In this document: one piece after another, positions 55,072-64,000 of the stretch
Layout: every line of letters begins with the position of its first letter
Numbering within the stretch: the first letter of the stretch is position 1
Assembly: GCA_045863855.1 (NCBI GenBank)
Contig: BTVV01000013.1
Span: 9,294 to 73,293 of the forward strand
Length of the DNA stretch: 64,000 nt
Direction: 5' to 3'
Source: Planctomycetota bacterium
GTDB lineage: Bacteria; Planctomycetota; SZUA-567; H5-PLA8
Notes under the pieces: generated by a model
What the model was told of the DNA's origin: nothing
The model's input: the letters and a program-made list of their open reading frames with translations, nothing else
Databases searched by the model: none
Made by a program: the position numbers and the translations under genes

Positions 55072-56358
55072 ATGTCGACGTCGCACGTCGCCATCCCAGC
55101 CCCTCCGCCGCAGGTGCTGGGCGGCTTCGAACTGATTAAAAAGCTGGGCCGCGGGGCGATGGGCACCGTGTATCTGGCGCGGCAGCAGACGCTGGACCGG
55201 CTGGTGGCGCTGAAGGTGCTGGCTCCGCACTTGGCCGAGAACGAGCAATTGATCGGCCGCTTCCAGCGCGAAGCGCGCGCCTCGGCGCGGCTGAATCATC
55301 CGCACATCGTCCAAGGGATCGACGTCGGCCAAGACCGCGAAAGCGGGCTGTGGTACTTCGCGATGGAGTACGTGGACGGTCCGACGCTCTGGTCGGTGCT
55401 GAAGGATGCGGGCCGGATCCCGGAACGGCGTGCGGCGGCGATCGTGCTGGCGATCGCGCAGGCGCTGGAGTGCGCCGAGAAGAACGGGATCGTGCATCGC
55501 GATATCAAGCCGGACAACATTTTGCTGACGCGGCTGGGCGAGCCGAAGCTGGCGGACTTGGGCTTGGCAAAGGTGCTGGCCGACGACGCGACGGCGACGC
55601 AGTCGGGGATCGCGGTAGGGACGCCGCATTACATGGCTCCGGAGCAGGTGCGCGGGGAGACGGACCGTCTGGACGTGCGTTGCGATATTTATGCGCTGGG
55701 CTGCACGTTTTACCATTTGCTGAGCGGGCAGACGCCGTTCGAGGGGAAAGCGGCGACGTTGATCATGACGCAGCATCTATCGGCGCAGCCGGTTCCGATC
55801 CGGCAACTCGCGCCGGAGGTGAGCGACGGGTGCGCGCGGGTGCTGGGGAAGATGATGGAGAAGAGCCGGCGCGCACGCTTCCAGAGCGCGGCGGAGCTGG
55901 TGGCGGCGCTGGAGCAGCTTCTGGCGCCGGCGGCGGAGAGTCCCGCTCAAGAGCCGCGGCGCACGCCGCCGTCGATCCGTGCGGTGCGCGGCCGGCCGGG
56001 CCGCAGCGCGATCCGGCTGGAGGCTTCATCGCGGCGGCTACCCGAGCGCGTGGCGCGGCGGGAGCCGGAGTTTCGCCCGCCGAATCTGCTGCGCGGGATT
56101 GTGACCGATCTGGCGGTGCTGGTGGTGGTGCTTGGGGTGCTGGGCGGCGGCGCGTATTACGCGTACCGCGAAGGGCTGTTGGGATTCCTGCATCTGCCGC
56201 CGCCGAACTTGAGCAAGGACGCTCCGCGCGAGGCGCCGCCGCAAGCTCCGGAGGCGCCTGCGGCGAAGCTGCCGCTACCGCTTCCGCCGCTGGAGATCGA
56301 GCCCGAGTCGGTGCCGGCGCCGGAGCCGATCGAGTTCGAGAAGGTGGACGGGAAGTGA
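55072..56358 (+). CDS. serine/threonine protein kinase (membrane-anchored)
   Basis: GRGAMGTV..K, HRDIKPDN, DLG, APE. A TM helix follows the Pro-rich linker. Confidence 0.85.
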   Translation: MSTSHVAIPAPPPQVLGGFELIKKLGRGAMGTVYLARQQTLDRLVALKVLAPHLAENEQLIGRFQREARASARLNHPHIVQGIDVGQDRESGLWYFAMEYVDGPTLWSVLKDAGRIPERRAAAIVLAIAQALECAEKNGIVHRDIKPDNILLTRLGEPKLADLGLAKVLADDATATQSGIAVGTPHYMAPEQVRGETDRLDVRCDIYALGCTFYHLLSGQTPFEGKAATLIMTQHLSAQPVPIRQLAPEVSDGCARVLGKMMEKSRRARFQSAAELVAALEQLLAPAAESPAQEPRRTPPSIRAVRGRPGRSAIRLEASSRRLPERVARREPEFRPPNLLRGIVTDLAVLVVVLGVLGGGAYYAYREGLLGFLHLPPPNLSKDAPREAPPQAPEAPAAKLPLPLPPLEIEPESVPAPEPIEFEKVDGK

Positions 56359-56544
56359 AGTTCAAAAATCGAAGTTCAAAATCTTGAACGGCCCGCCAAA
56401 CGTATTGCAGTCCAACGTCCAATAATCGGCTCGGCTTCGGTATCGGCTTATTCGCATAAGAAAGGCATTCTCGTGCCCGAGGGCTGGGGTATAAAGAGTC
56501 ACGTGCGCACACGAGTGAGCGAGGCAATTTCTGGAGATCGAGCG

Positions 56545-58791
56545 ATGCGGATGCGGGGCTGGGGATGGGGCCTCTGGGTGCTGGCCGCAGCGGGGGTGGC
56601 GGCTCAGGAGCGGCCGCTGGCAGACGCGGGCGCGCCGTTCGGGAAGTTGCCGCTGGTGGACGAAGTGCGCTGCGGCGAAGCGGCCGGGGCGCGGGAATTC
56701 GCCGAACATCCGAAGGATGCGAGCACGATCGAGACGCTGCTGGGGACGGCGTGCCGCGTGCTGCCCAACGCGGGCGCCGCGAAGTACTTCGCCTACAAGC
56801 TGGGGAAAGGGAAGGGGCTGAAAGCGGGACAGGCGTACGTGCTGGCGGTGGACTATCCGGAGGACCGGCCGCGGACGTGGTTCGTGCTGAACCGCGGCGC
56901 GGAGTACGGGCGCGGTTGGGCGACGGGTTCGGCCGTCGGGGACGTGCTGTACACGTACACGAACAACAACGCAGAGTCGCTGGAGTACCCGCTCGCGCAG
57001 CAGTCCCGTTCGTGGCAGACGATCTTCTGGCTGCACGACCGCTTCGCGGGCTTGAACCTCGCGCGCGACAAAGCGGTGCGCGACCAGACGCCGGCGGACG
57101 GCTTCTGGGTCGTCGTGACGCAGGCCGACGCGGTGAAGGATCCGCTAAACGCGGGCGCGGCGGTCTCGCGTATCCGGCTCTTCGAGGTTCCCGATCCTAA
57201 GAAGTTCGACGCTCAGGTTCAGCTTCCGCCGCAGGAGTTGCCGCACCGGCGGCTCTTCTGGCGCGAGGAGATGGCCGACGGCGTGATCGGCGGCAAAGAA
57301 CCGGCGGGCCGCGGGCTGGACGACGAGACGGCATGGTACCGCTACAAGGCCGAACTGATGCGCGTCCTGGGCATGAACGTCTTCGGGAAGGATCTGCTGG
57401 AGTTCGGGCACAACCAAGGCTGGGAGGCGGAGGGCTTCGGCGGAAACGACTGGTACTGGAGTTCGCACGCGCCGAAACGCTGGGAAAAAATTCTGGCGAT
57501 GCTGAAGCCGTACGGTTTCGAGGCGCTGCCTTATTACGAATGGTCGGGCGGCGTGGGCGCGAAGGGCTTGGGCAAGGAGAAGCGCGCGAAGACGCTGGGC
57601 GGGAAAGAGACGTACACGCATATCGAGTGGACCGAGAAGAGCAACGTCGATCTGACCGATCCCGACGCGCTGGCCGACGCCAAGCGGCTGCTCGACGCGA
57701 CGGTGCTGAAGTTCAAGGCGCAGGCGGCGTTTGCGGGGGCTTGGTTCCGGCCGCGGCCGAGCCAGAATCCGATCGGCTTCGGCGACGCGACGCTGGCGCG
57801 CTTCGCGCAGGAAGCGCACGGGAATCAAGCGGTCACGCGGGAGGCGCTGAAGGGCGACCGGGCGCTGCTCGAGAAGTATTACGCATGGTGGTACGGGAAG
57901 CGGCGCGCGTTTCTGGCGGAGTTGCACGCGCATTTGCAGGCGGGACTGGGCGGCGAGCCGCTGCTGATCTACACGTGCGACCCGAGCGAGCCGGGTCCGT
58001 CGCTGCCGGGCGGTTTGAAGGTCGTCACCGACCGGCTCGACGCATGGGGTCCGATCTTGAAGCAGAAGGGGCACGAGAAGCTCAAAGCTCAGGCGTACGA
58101 CGAGGTGCTGAAGGACGATCTGTATCTGAAGGCGGTCTTCACGCCGCACGGGACGTGGGCCGACTGGGAGTGGCAGCACGCGGTGCCGGTGTCCGATCCG
58201 CAGCGCTACCAGGATCTGCCGGGGGTGCTGCTGACGTACCCGTTCAACCGTTCGTACACGGTTCGTTCGGAAAAAGCGTTCGAGGCTTTCCGCGGGCCGG
58301 CGGGTCTGGCGCTGCTGCGGCATTACCCGCTCAACGAGCACGCCATGCACGAGAGTCTGGGGTACTTCGTGAGCGATCTGGAGCGCGCGGGTCCGTTCGC
58401 GATGGAAGGCGAAGCGCTGGCGCTGGCGTACGGCGATCCGACGAGCATCGGGTATCTGAGTGCGGCGAGCTTCAACCGCGGCTTCCCCGAATACGTGCGC
58501 GCGTTTAACCGCGCGTTCCTGGCGCTTCCGGCGCTTCCGAGCAAGCGCCTCCCGGAAGCGTGTGCCGACGCGCAGGTCGTGGTGCGGGCCATCGACGCGA
58601 AGGAGCACGGGACGTACTTGGCGGTGGTGAACGTGAGCCGGGGCGAGAAGCAGGAGATCGTCGTGAAGCTGCCGAAAGCAGGGGCGGTGAGCGACGCGGC
58701 GACGGGCGCGGCGGTTCCGAGCGAAGGGGGCGCGGTGCGGTTTTCGATGTATCCGTATGAAGTGCGGGCGTTGAGGGTGAAGGGGGAGTAG
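56545..58791 (+). CDS. large secreted hypothetical protein (748 aa)
   Basis: GGAG ribosome-binding site. Signal peptide MRMRGWGWGLWVLAAAGVAAQ. W/Y-rich. No recognised family. Confidence 0.5.
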   Translation: MRMRGWGWGLWVLAAAGVAAQERPLADAGAPFGKLPLVDEVRCGEAAGAREFAEHPKDASTIETLLGTACRVLPNAGAAKYFAYKLGKGKGLKAGQAYVLAVDYPEDRPRTWFVLNRGAEYGRGWATGSAVGDVLYTYTNNNAESLEYPLAQQSRSWQTIFWLHDRFAGLNLARDKAVRDQTPADGFWVVVTQADAVKDPLNAGAAVSRIRLFEVPDPKKFDAQVQLPPQELPHRRLFWREEMADGVIGGKEPAGRGLDDETAWYRYKAELMRVLGMNVFGKDLLEFGHNQGWEAEGFGGNDWYWSSHAPKRWEKILAMLKPYGFEALPYYEWSGGVGAKGLGKEKRAKTLGGKETYTHIEWTEKSNVDLTDPDALADAKRLLDATVLKFKAQAAFAGAWFRPRPSQNPIGFGDATLARFAQEAHGNQAVTREALKGDRALLEKYYAWWYGKRRAFLAELHAHLQAGLGGEPLLIYTCDPSEPGPSLPGGLKVVTDRLDAWGPILKQKGHEKLKAQAYDEVLKDDLYLKAVFTPHGTWADWEWQHAVPVSDPQRYQDLPGVLLTYPFNRSYTVRSEKAFEAFRGPAGLALLRHYPLNEHAMHESLGYFVSDLERAGPFAMEGEALALAYGDPTSIGYLSAASFNRGFPEYVRAFNRAFLALPALPSKRLPEACADAQVVVRAIDAKEHGTYLAVVNVSRGEKQEIVVKLPKAGAVSDAATGAAVPSEGGAVRFSMYPYEVRALRVKGE

Positions 58792-58849
58792 TCAGTAAAA
58801 AGTGAAAGTGATGTGCGGGACGGGCATACGCGAAAGGTGGGCGCTGCGA

Positions 58850-59587
58850 TTATTCGCGTAGGGCTTCGAGGGTGGCTTTGAGGGCGTGAAGGGCGGCGGC
58901 GTCTTCGCGTTCGCCGAGGCGGCGGTAGAGGTCCATGGTGCTGCGGGGGAAGAACCCGGTTTCGTGGACGCGGGCATCGGCTGCGGGCGGTTCGGCGGCT
59001 GCGGGCGGCGCGGGATCGGGCCTCAGCAGAGCGGCGAGGAGGGCGACGCTGCCGCGGGCGTAGGCGGCTTGGAGCGACTTCCATGCGCAGGCCATGCCAA
59101 CGGTTTCGTCGAGCACCTTGGTTTCGAGGAGCGAGCTGCCGGTAAAGAGCGCGGCGGCTTCGGCGGCGCGCGGTCCGGACAGGAGCATGCGGGTCGAGCC
59201 TGGAAGGAGCGGCGGGGGCCCGTCGAGCGCGGCGTCGACGAGGGAGCCGCCGCCGGCGCGGATGGTCGCGGCGATGCGCCAGATGCGCGAGGGCGGCAGC
59301 GCATTGAGTTCGAGATACAGTCCGTTGAAGCGCAGCCGCGCGACGGCCTGGGCCACGTTTTCGGCCTCGGCGGCGGGCACGGCGCTGACGATGACCGTGC
59401 AGCGATTGACGATCGCTTCGAGGGTGCCGGCGTTGTTCAGCCGGGCGCGTTTGGCCAAGCGCGCGGTTCGCGGACTGCGGCGGTCGGAGGCCCACCATAC
59501 CTGCGCGCCCAGGTCGCGCGCGAGCGCGCCCAGTTCCGAGCCCAGAGTTCCCGGACTCACGATCCCCACGGCCGTTCTGGAACCCAC
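58850..59587 (-). CDS. NAD(P)-binding Rossmann protein (DUF1932-like)
   Basis: GTG start. N-terminal VGIVSPGTLGSELG glycine-rich loop. Confidence 0.45.
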   Translation of the reverse strand: MGSRTAVGIVSPGTLGSELGALARDLGAQVWWASDRRSPRTARLAKRARLNNAGTLEAIVNRCTVIVSAVPAAEAENVAQAVARLRFNGLYLELNALPPSRIWRIAATIRAGGGSLVDAALDGPPPLLPGSTRMLLSGPRAAEAAALFTGSSLLETKVLDETVGMACAWKSLQAAYARGSVALLAALLRPDPAPPAAAEPPAADARVHETGFFPRSTMDLYRRLGEREDAAALHALKATLEALRE

Positions 59588-59671
59588 GTGGCAAGCACCT
59601 CGGCACCGGCGCGATAGGGAGCGTTACGCGGCGCGGTAGGCTGCCCGCTCCGGGCTCGCCGGGATACACCC

Positions 59672-60709
59672 CTACAACGAAGGGCGGGGCTCGGTGTTTG
59701 CGGAATAGGCGGCGTTGGGACTTGCTTCGGCGGTGGGGGCCGGGAGTTGGCGGATTGGGAAGCGCACCTCGAAGCAGGCTCCGTTCCAGGCGGACGTGGT
59801 GAGGGCAACGCTGCCCCCGTGGAGTTCGGCGCAGGCTTTGACGGAGAGCAGCCCCAAACCGGTGCCGTTGGTCTTGGTGGTGAAGAAGGGTTGGAAGACG
59901 GCGTGGCGCTGGGCTTCCGGGATGCCGGGCCCGTTGTCTTCGACGCGGATGAGGACGTTATCGCCGTCGAGGGCGGAGCTGACTCGGATGCGGCCCATTC
60001 CTTCCGTGGCGTCGGCGGCGTTGAGGACCAAGTTGAGAAGCATCTGGTGCAGGAGGTGCGCGTTGACGACGGTTTTGAGCTCCGGCCCGGGGAGGAATTC
60101 CATCTGGCAGTTCTTACTGCGCACGTGGATGCCCGCGAGGTCGAGGGAGTCGCGGAGCACCGTGTTGATATCGCGTTCCTGCCAAGTGCCGTGAACGCCG
60201 GTCTTGCCGACGTTCATCAGGGTGCGCGAGAGGTTGGAGATACGGGCGATGCATTCCTGGAGCTTGGCGTGATCTGCGGCATGCGCGGCATCGGCCTGGG
60301 CCAGGCGATGGCTAATGGAGTTCATGGGCATGAGCAGGTTGTTGATATCGTGGGCGACGGAGGCGGCGAAGAGTCCGGCGGTGGCTCTTTTTTCGGCAGA
60401 GACCAGGGCCATTTGGTGGCGGACGATCTCGCGCTCCTTCAGCGTCAAGCGGCGCAGCGCGACATAGCCGACGACGAAAGTAAAGACGGACATGAGGGCG
60501 ACGAAGCCGAGGCCCTTGAGCTTCTCGATGCGTTCGAGGTCTTCGACGGACGCGGCCCAGTTCGCGGCGAGGTGGGAGGAGATCCAGATATATAAGGAGG
60601 AGAGCATCAGGTAGCTCAGGGCCATCAGGCTGGCATAAACCAACGGCGTACGACGATTCGCATCGTCCTGCGTCTGGGCATCCAGATCCGGATTCGGGGG
60701 CTTGAACAT
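59672..60709 (-). CDS. sensor histidine kinase
   Basis: Two TM helices. H-box FAASVAHDINNLL. N-box NLVLNAADA. G-boxes DNGPGI, GTGLGL. The upstream ORF-track extension is an Arg-rich artefact. Confidence 0.8.
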   Translation of the reverse strand: MFKPPNPDLDAQTQDDANRRTPLVYASLMALSYLMLSSLYIWISSHLAANWAASVEDLERIEKLKGLGFVALMSVFTFVVGYVALRRLTLKEREIVRHQMALVSAEKRATAGLFAASVAHDINNLLMPMNSISHRLAQADAAHAADHAKLQECIARISNLSRTLMNVGKTGVHGTWQERDINTVLRDSLDLAGIHVRSKNCQMEFLPGPELKTVVNAHLLHQMLLNLVLNAADATEGMGRIRVSSALDGDNVLIRVEDNGPGIPEAQRHAVFQPFFTTKTNGTGLGLLSVKACAELHGGSVALTTSAWNGACFEVRFPIRQLPAPTAEASPNAAYSANTEPRPSL

Positions 60710-60732
60710 GGCGGGCTCCGAAGGGCAACGAT

Positions 60733-62061
60733 TCAGATATCGTCGAGCAGGTGGCCGAGCTTCTCTTTCTTGGTCCTCAGATATTTGGCGTTCTTCGGAT
60801 GCGCGGGCATTTTGAGCGGGACGCGGTCCACGACTTCGAGTCCGAAGGCGTTGAGTCCGACGATTTTGCGCGGGTTGTTGGTGATGAGTTTGAGGCGTCG
60901 CAGGCCGAGGTCGTAGAGGATATGGGCGCCGAGGCCGTAGCGGCGCAGATCGGGCTTGAAGCCCAGCGCCTTGTTCGCTTCGACGGTGTCGGCGCCTTCG
61001 TCCTGGAGCTGGTAGGCGCGGAGCTTGTTGACGAGCCCGATGCCGCGGCCTTCCTGGCGCATGTAAAGGACGACGCCCTTGCCGGCGTCTTCGATCATGG
61101 CCATGGCGGTGTGTAGCTGCGCGCCGCAGTCGCAGCGCATGCTTCCGAAGGCGTCGCCGGTGAGGCATTCGCTGTGCACGCGGACGAGGACGGGTTCGCG
61201 CTGGAGTTTTCCGGGGCGGATGTCGCCTTTGACCAGCGCGAGGTGATGTTCGGCTCCGATGTCGGTTTCGTAGATATGGCAGCGGAAATCGCCCAGCCGG
61301 GTGGGCATGGCCACGTCGACGGTGGGTCGGATGAGCTTCTCTTTGCCGCGGCGGTATTCGATCAGGTCGGCAATGGAATAAATTTTCAAGCCGTGCTCGG
61401 CGGCGAAGAGGTCGAGGTGCGAAAGGCGCGCCATGGTGCCGTCTTCGTTCATCACTTCGCAGATGACGGCGGCGGGCTTGAGTCCGGCGAGGCGGCAGAG
61501 GTCGACGCTGCCTTCGGTCTGGCCGGTGCGCACGAGGACGCCGCCCTTGCGCGCGCGCAGCGGGAAGACGTGGCCGGGGCGTGCAAGGTCGTCGGGGCGC
61601 GAGGCCGGATCGATGGCGGTGCGGATGGTGTGGGCGCGGTCGGCGGCGCTGATGCCGGTGGTGACGCCGCGGCGCGCTTCGACGGAGACGGTGAACGCGG
61701 TGCCGAAGCGCGACGAATTCTCGACGGCCTGGAGGGGCAGGTTGAGCCGTTCGCAGTCTTCTTCGGTCATGGCGAGGCAGATCAGGCCGCTGGCCTTCTT
61801 GGCCATGAATGCGATCGACTCGGGGGTGACCATTTCGGCGGCGAGGACCAAGTCGCCTTCGTTCTCGCGGTCTTCGTCGTCGACGAGGACGATCATGCGC
61901 CCTGCGCGCAAGTCGGCGATGGCTTCTTCGATGGGGCTGAAGGGGCTGTTGGCCGGATCGGGCAGCGCGGCTCCGGCTTCGGCGACGGCCGAACCGGGTT
62001 TGGGTGCGGGTGTGCGGCGCTTGGCGGTCGCGGACGCTTTGCGCGTGGTGTGCTTAGGCAT
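60733..62061 (-). CDS. ribBA: bifunctional 3,4-dihydroxy-2-butanone-4-phosphate synthase / GTP cyclohydrolase II
   Basis: RibB part: RENEGDLV, VRTGQTEG. RibA part: CLTGD...C.CG zinc site, RQEGRGIGL. Confidence 0.9.
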   Translation of the reverse strand: MPKHTTRKASATAKRRTPAPKPGSAVAEAGAALPDPANSPFSPIEEAIADLRAGRMIVLVDDEDRENEGDLVLAAEMVTPESIAFMAKKASGLICLAMTEEDCERLNLPLQAVENSSRFGTAFTVSVEARRGVTTGISAADRAHTIRTAIDPASRPDDLARPGHVFPLRARKGGVLVRTGQTEGSVDLCRLAGLKPAAVICEVMNEDGTMARLSHLDLFAAEHGLKIYSIADLIEYRRGKEKLIRPTVDVAMPTRLGDFRCHIYETDIGAEHHLALVKGDIRPGKLQREPVLVRVHSECLTGDAFGSMRCDCGAQLHTAMAMIEDAGKGVVLYMRQEGRGIGLVNKLRAYQLQDEGADTVEANKALGFKPDLRRYGLGAHILYDLGLRRLKLITNNPRKIVGLNAFGLEVVDRVPLKMPAHPKNAKYLRTKKEKLGHLLDDI

Positions 62062-62250
62062 GGTGCGGTTCCCGGTCGGTATTCGTGGAGCCAGTATGGA
62101 CGAACGACGCGCCATCCGCCAGTCCACGCGAACTTAAGGAGAAGCGGCGGAGGTGAGCAACGGGGATTGACGGGCGGTCCGGTCCTGGCAGCATGGAAGG
62201 GACCAGTCTTCACGCGGACGGGAGCCCGGAGCGGCCGGATGGCGGCCATA

Positions 62251-62277
62251 GGGGGCTCGCGCCCGCCTCTTTTTTTA
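62251..62277 (+). terminator. terminator-like hairpin + T-run 20 nt upstream of the 62298 gene
   Basis: GGGGGCTCGCGCCCGCC followed by TCTTTTTTT on the plus strand. Confidence 0.3.
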
Positions 62278-62297
62278 GGCCCGGGAGGATTCGATCC

Positions 62298-63404
62298 GTG
62301 TCTCAACGCGTGAACATCGGCGTCATCGGCGTCGGCATGATCGGCAAGTCGCATCTGAAGCGTTACCAGGACCTGCCCGACGCGAACGTGGTCGCGGTGG
62401 CGGACTTGAACGAAGCGGAGGCGAAGCGGGTGGCCGCGGAGTTCAAGGTGCCTGACGCGTACGCCGATTTTCGGGCGCTCCTGAAGCGCGACGACATCCA
62501 GGCGGTGGACGTCTGCCTGCACAACAATTTGCACGCTCCGGTGACGATCGCGGCGTTCGAGGCCGGCAAGCACGTCTACTGCGAGAAGCCGATGGCGGGG
62601 AGCTACGTCGACGCGAAGGCGATGTACGACGCGGCGCAGCGGACGGGCAAGAAACTGCAGATTCAGATGAACACGCTCTACGATCCCGAGCACAAGATCG
62701 CGCGTCGGCTGATCAAGGAAGGGCATCTGGGCAAGGTGTATTACGCGCGCAGCTTCGGCTTCCGTCGGCGCGGACGGCCGTGGGTGGACGGATACGGCAC
62801 TCCGGCGTTCGTGAACAAGCAGATCGCGGCGGGCGGCGCGCTCTTCGACATGGGCATCTACCACATGGCGCAGGTCATGGACCTTTTGGGTAATCCGGAC
62901 GTGCTTGCGGTGAGCGGCGCGACGTACCAGGAACTGGAGATGTACGCCGACCGGGCCAAGAGCGGGAACTTCAGCGTCGAAGAGATGGGCCTGGGCCACG
63001 TGCGGCTGAAGGGCGGGCTCACGCTGGTGGTCGAGGAATCGTGGGCGGTCCATTACGACGGGAGCGAGCACAGCAAGATCCTGGGCAGCAAGGGCGGGCT
63101 GAAGCTGAGCAAGCCTCCGGTGCTGTACTCGAAGATCGGCGACGTGGAGTACAAGGCCGAGATCGAACTGGGGCACGTGGATACGCGCTGGCGCAAGTGC
63201 GAGAGCGACTACGAGCATTACGACAGCAACGAGAAGCACTGGCTGGCGGCGCTGCTGGGGAAGGTGGAACTGTATCCGACGGCGGCGATCGCGAAGAACG
63301 TGGCGCTGATCAGCGAAGGTATCTATTTATCGCAGGAACAGAACCGCGAGCTTCAGGCCGGCGAGATCCTGGAACGCTCCAAGTCCACGGCGCTTAAGGT
63401 CTAA
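62298..63404 (+). CDS. Gfo/Idh/MocA family oxidoreductase
   Basis: GTG start with a GGAGGA ribosome-binding site. IGVIGVGMIG Rossmann motif and EKP. Confidence 0.8.
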   Translation: MSQRVNIGVIGVGMIGKSHLKRYQDLPDANVVAVADLNEAEAKRVAAEFKVPDAYADFRALLKRDDIQAVDVCLHNNLHAPVTIAAFEAGKHVYCEKPMAGSYVDAKAMYDAAQRTGKKLQIQMNTLYDPEHKIARRLIKEGHLGKVYYARSFGFRRRGRPWVDGYGTPAFVNKQIAAGGALFDMGIYHMAQVMDLLGNPDVLAVSGATYQELEMYADRAKSGNFSVEEMGLGHVRLKGGLTLVVEESWAVHYDGSEHSKILGSKGGLKLSKPPVLYSKIGDVEYKAEIELGHVDTRWRKCESDYEHYDSNEKHWLAALLGKVELYPTAAIAKNVALISEGIYLSQEQNRELQAGEILERSKSTALKV

Positions 63405-63570
63405 GGCGTATTTCGGGGCTGGAGGCCGCCGGGACGGCGGTCTCCAGCCTGACTTTGAATTCCCGGCCGCGATCCCCTACAATGGTTCGGCTTAATGGGA
63501 TTTTCGCGCGCCTGCGTCCGGGCGCCGGCATGCGCAGAGTCGGACCTGTTGTGGTAAGGAGGCTAGGAAC

Positions 63571-64000
63571 GTGGCTGCTGTACGACGCAATGGAAACGAT
63601 CATCCCTTCGCGAAGAAGGAACCGAAGCCGACTCGAGCGCGCTTGGTGAGCCTTCTGGATCCGCTGGGCCGCAAGCGTTATGGGGAAGTCGAACGCTTTC
63701 TGGCGACGGTGCCGGGCGCGACGAGCGGTTTGCATTACTACGACACCGATTGGGGCTGGGCCGTGCGCTATATGCACGGGACCAAAGATGCGCTGTGCAC
63801 GCTGCATCTGCTTCCGAATACGTTCGAAGCGACGATTCCGGTGGACGACACGATTCGCGCGAACGGGACGGCGCTGGCGCCGGAACTGCGCCGCCGTATC
63901 GGCCGCACGCGGACGGTGAACGGGAAGCGCCTGGTGCGCCTGCCGCTGCGCAGCGACGGGGACTACGCGAACTTCCAGGGCTTGGTGGGCTTGCGCGCCG
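63571..64000 (+). CDS. hypothetical protein, 5' part (continues beyond window end)
   Basis: AAGGAGG ribosome-binding site then GTG 63571. The open frame runs to the window end and is protein-like. It is absent from the ORF track only because there is no stop codon. Confidence 0.4.
   Translation, partial: MAAVRRNGNDHPFAKKEPKPTRARLVSLLDPLGRKRYGEVERFLATVPGATSGLHYYDTDWGWAVRYMHGTKDALCTLHLLPNTFEATIPVDDTIRANGTALAPELRRRIGRTRTVNGKRLVRLPLRSDGDYANFQGLVGLRA

Noticed and set aside
62062-62297. FMN riboswitch upstream of ribBA
   Set aside because: None of the conserved RFN sequence blocks are visible on the minus strand.
63680-63919. 79-aa ORF from the track at the window end
   Set aside because: It lies in a different frame from the ribosome-binding-site-supported open frame starting at GTG 63571, which is protein-like and runs off the window. 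The 79-aa ORF is Cys/Arg-rich junk.
1-64000. CRISPR arrays, tRNA, rRNA, tmRNA or RNase P
   Set aside because: No spaced direct repeats with unique spacers were seen. No cloverleaf-like or conserved RNase P/tmRNA motifs were recognised by eye.

Overview
This is a 64 kb segment of a high-GC bacterial chromosome. The gene content suggests Planctomycetota, but that is inference only. I found no rRNA, tRNA or CRISPR array. About 55 protein-coding genes are supportable. Many of the long ORFs in the supplied track are antisense or alternate-frame shadows of real genes, which is typical of GC-rich DNA.

Housekeeping genes present:
- pyruvate carboxylase
- methionyl-tRNA synthetase (metG)
- the molybdenum-cofactor enzyme MoaA
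- the bifunctional riboflavin enzyme RibBA
- ribosomal protein L3 (rplC), standing alone rather than in a ribosomal-protein operon
- DNA photolyase

Other clear functional groups:
- A cytochrome bc-type respiratory operon: a Rieske iron-sulfur protein, cytochrome b, and a membrane-anchored c-type cytochrome with eight CxxCH heme motifs. The Rieske gene carries an in-frame TAA stop between its two cluster-binding boxes.
- A dense regulatory set:
  - two Ser/Thr kinases
  - a hybrid histidine kinase with receiver, kinase and STAS domains plus a single-domain response regulator
  - an ECF sigma factor with its anti-sigma factor and two tandem paralogous LTXXQ-motif (Spy/CpxP-like) periplasmic proteins
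  - an FHA-domain protein
  - two AraC-type regulators and one GntR/LacI-type regulator
- A carbohydrate-type accessory locus:
  - three PhyH-family dioxygenases
  - three Gfo/Idh/MocA oxidoreductases
  - a sugar-phosphate isomerase
  - a GT4 glycosyltransferase
  - a Kelch-propeller protein
  - a BNR/sialidase-like protein
  - a membrane-anchored glycoside-hydrolase-like protein

The most striking local feature is an AT-richer island at about 44.56-48.7 kb, immediately after rplC:
- It opens with a run of GTGTAAAG octamer repeats that form a hairpin followed by nine T residues.
- It encodes a membrane protein, a lipoprotein, an ankyrin-repeat protein and a small orphan protein.
- It also encodes a Y1 (IS200-like, REP-associated) tyrosine transposase flanked by GTGSCACGGG palindromic motifs.
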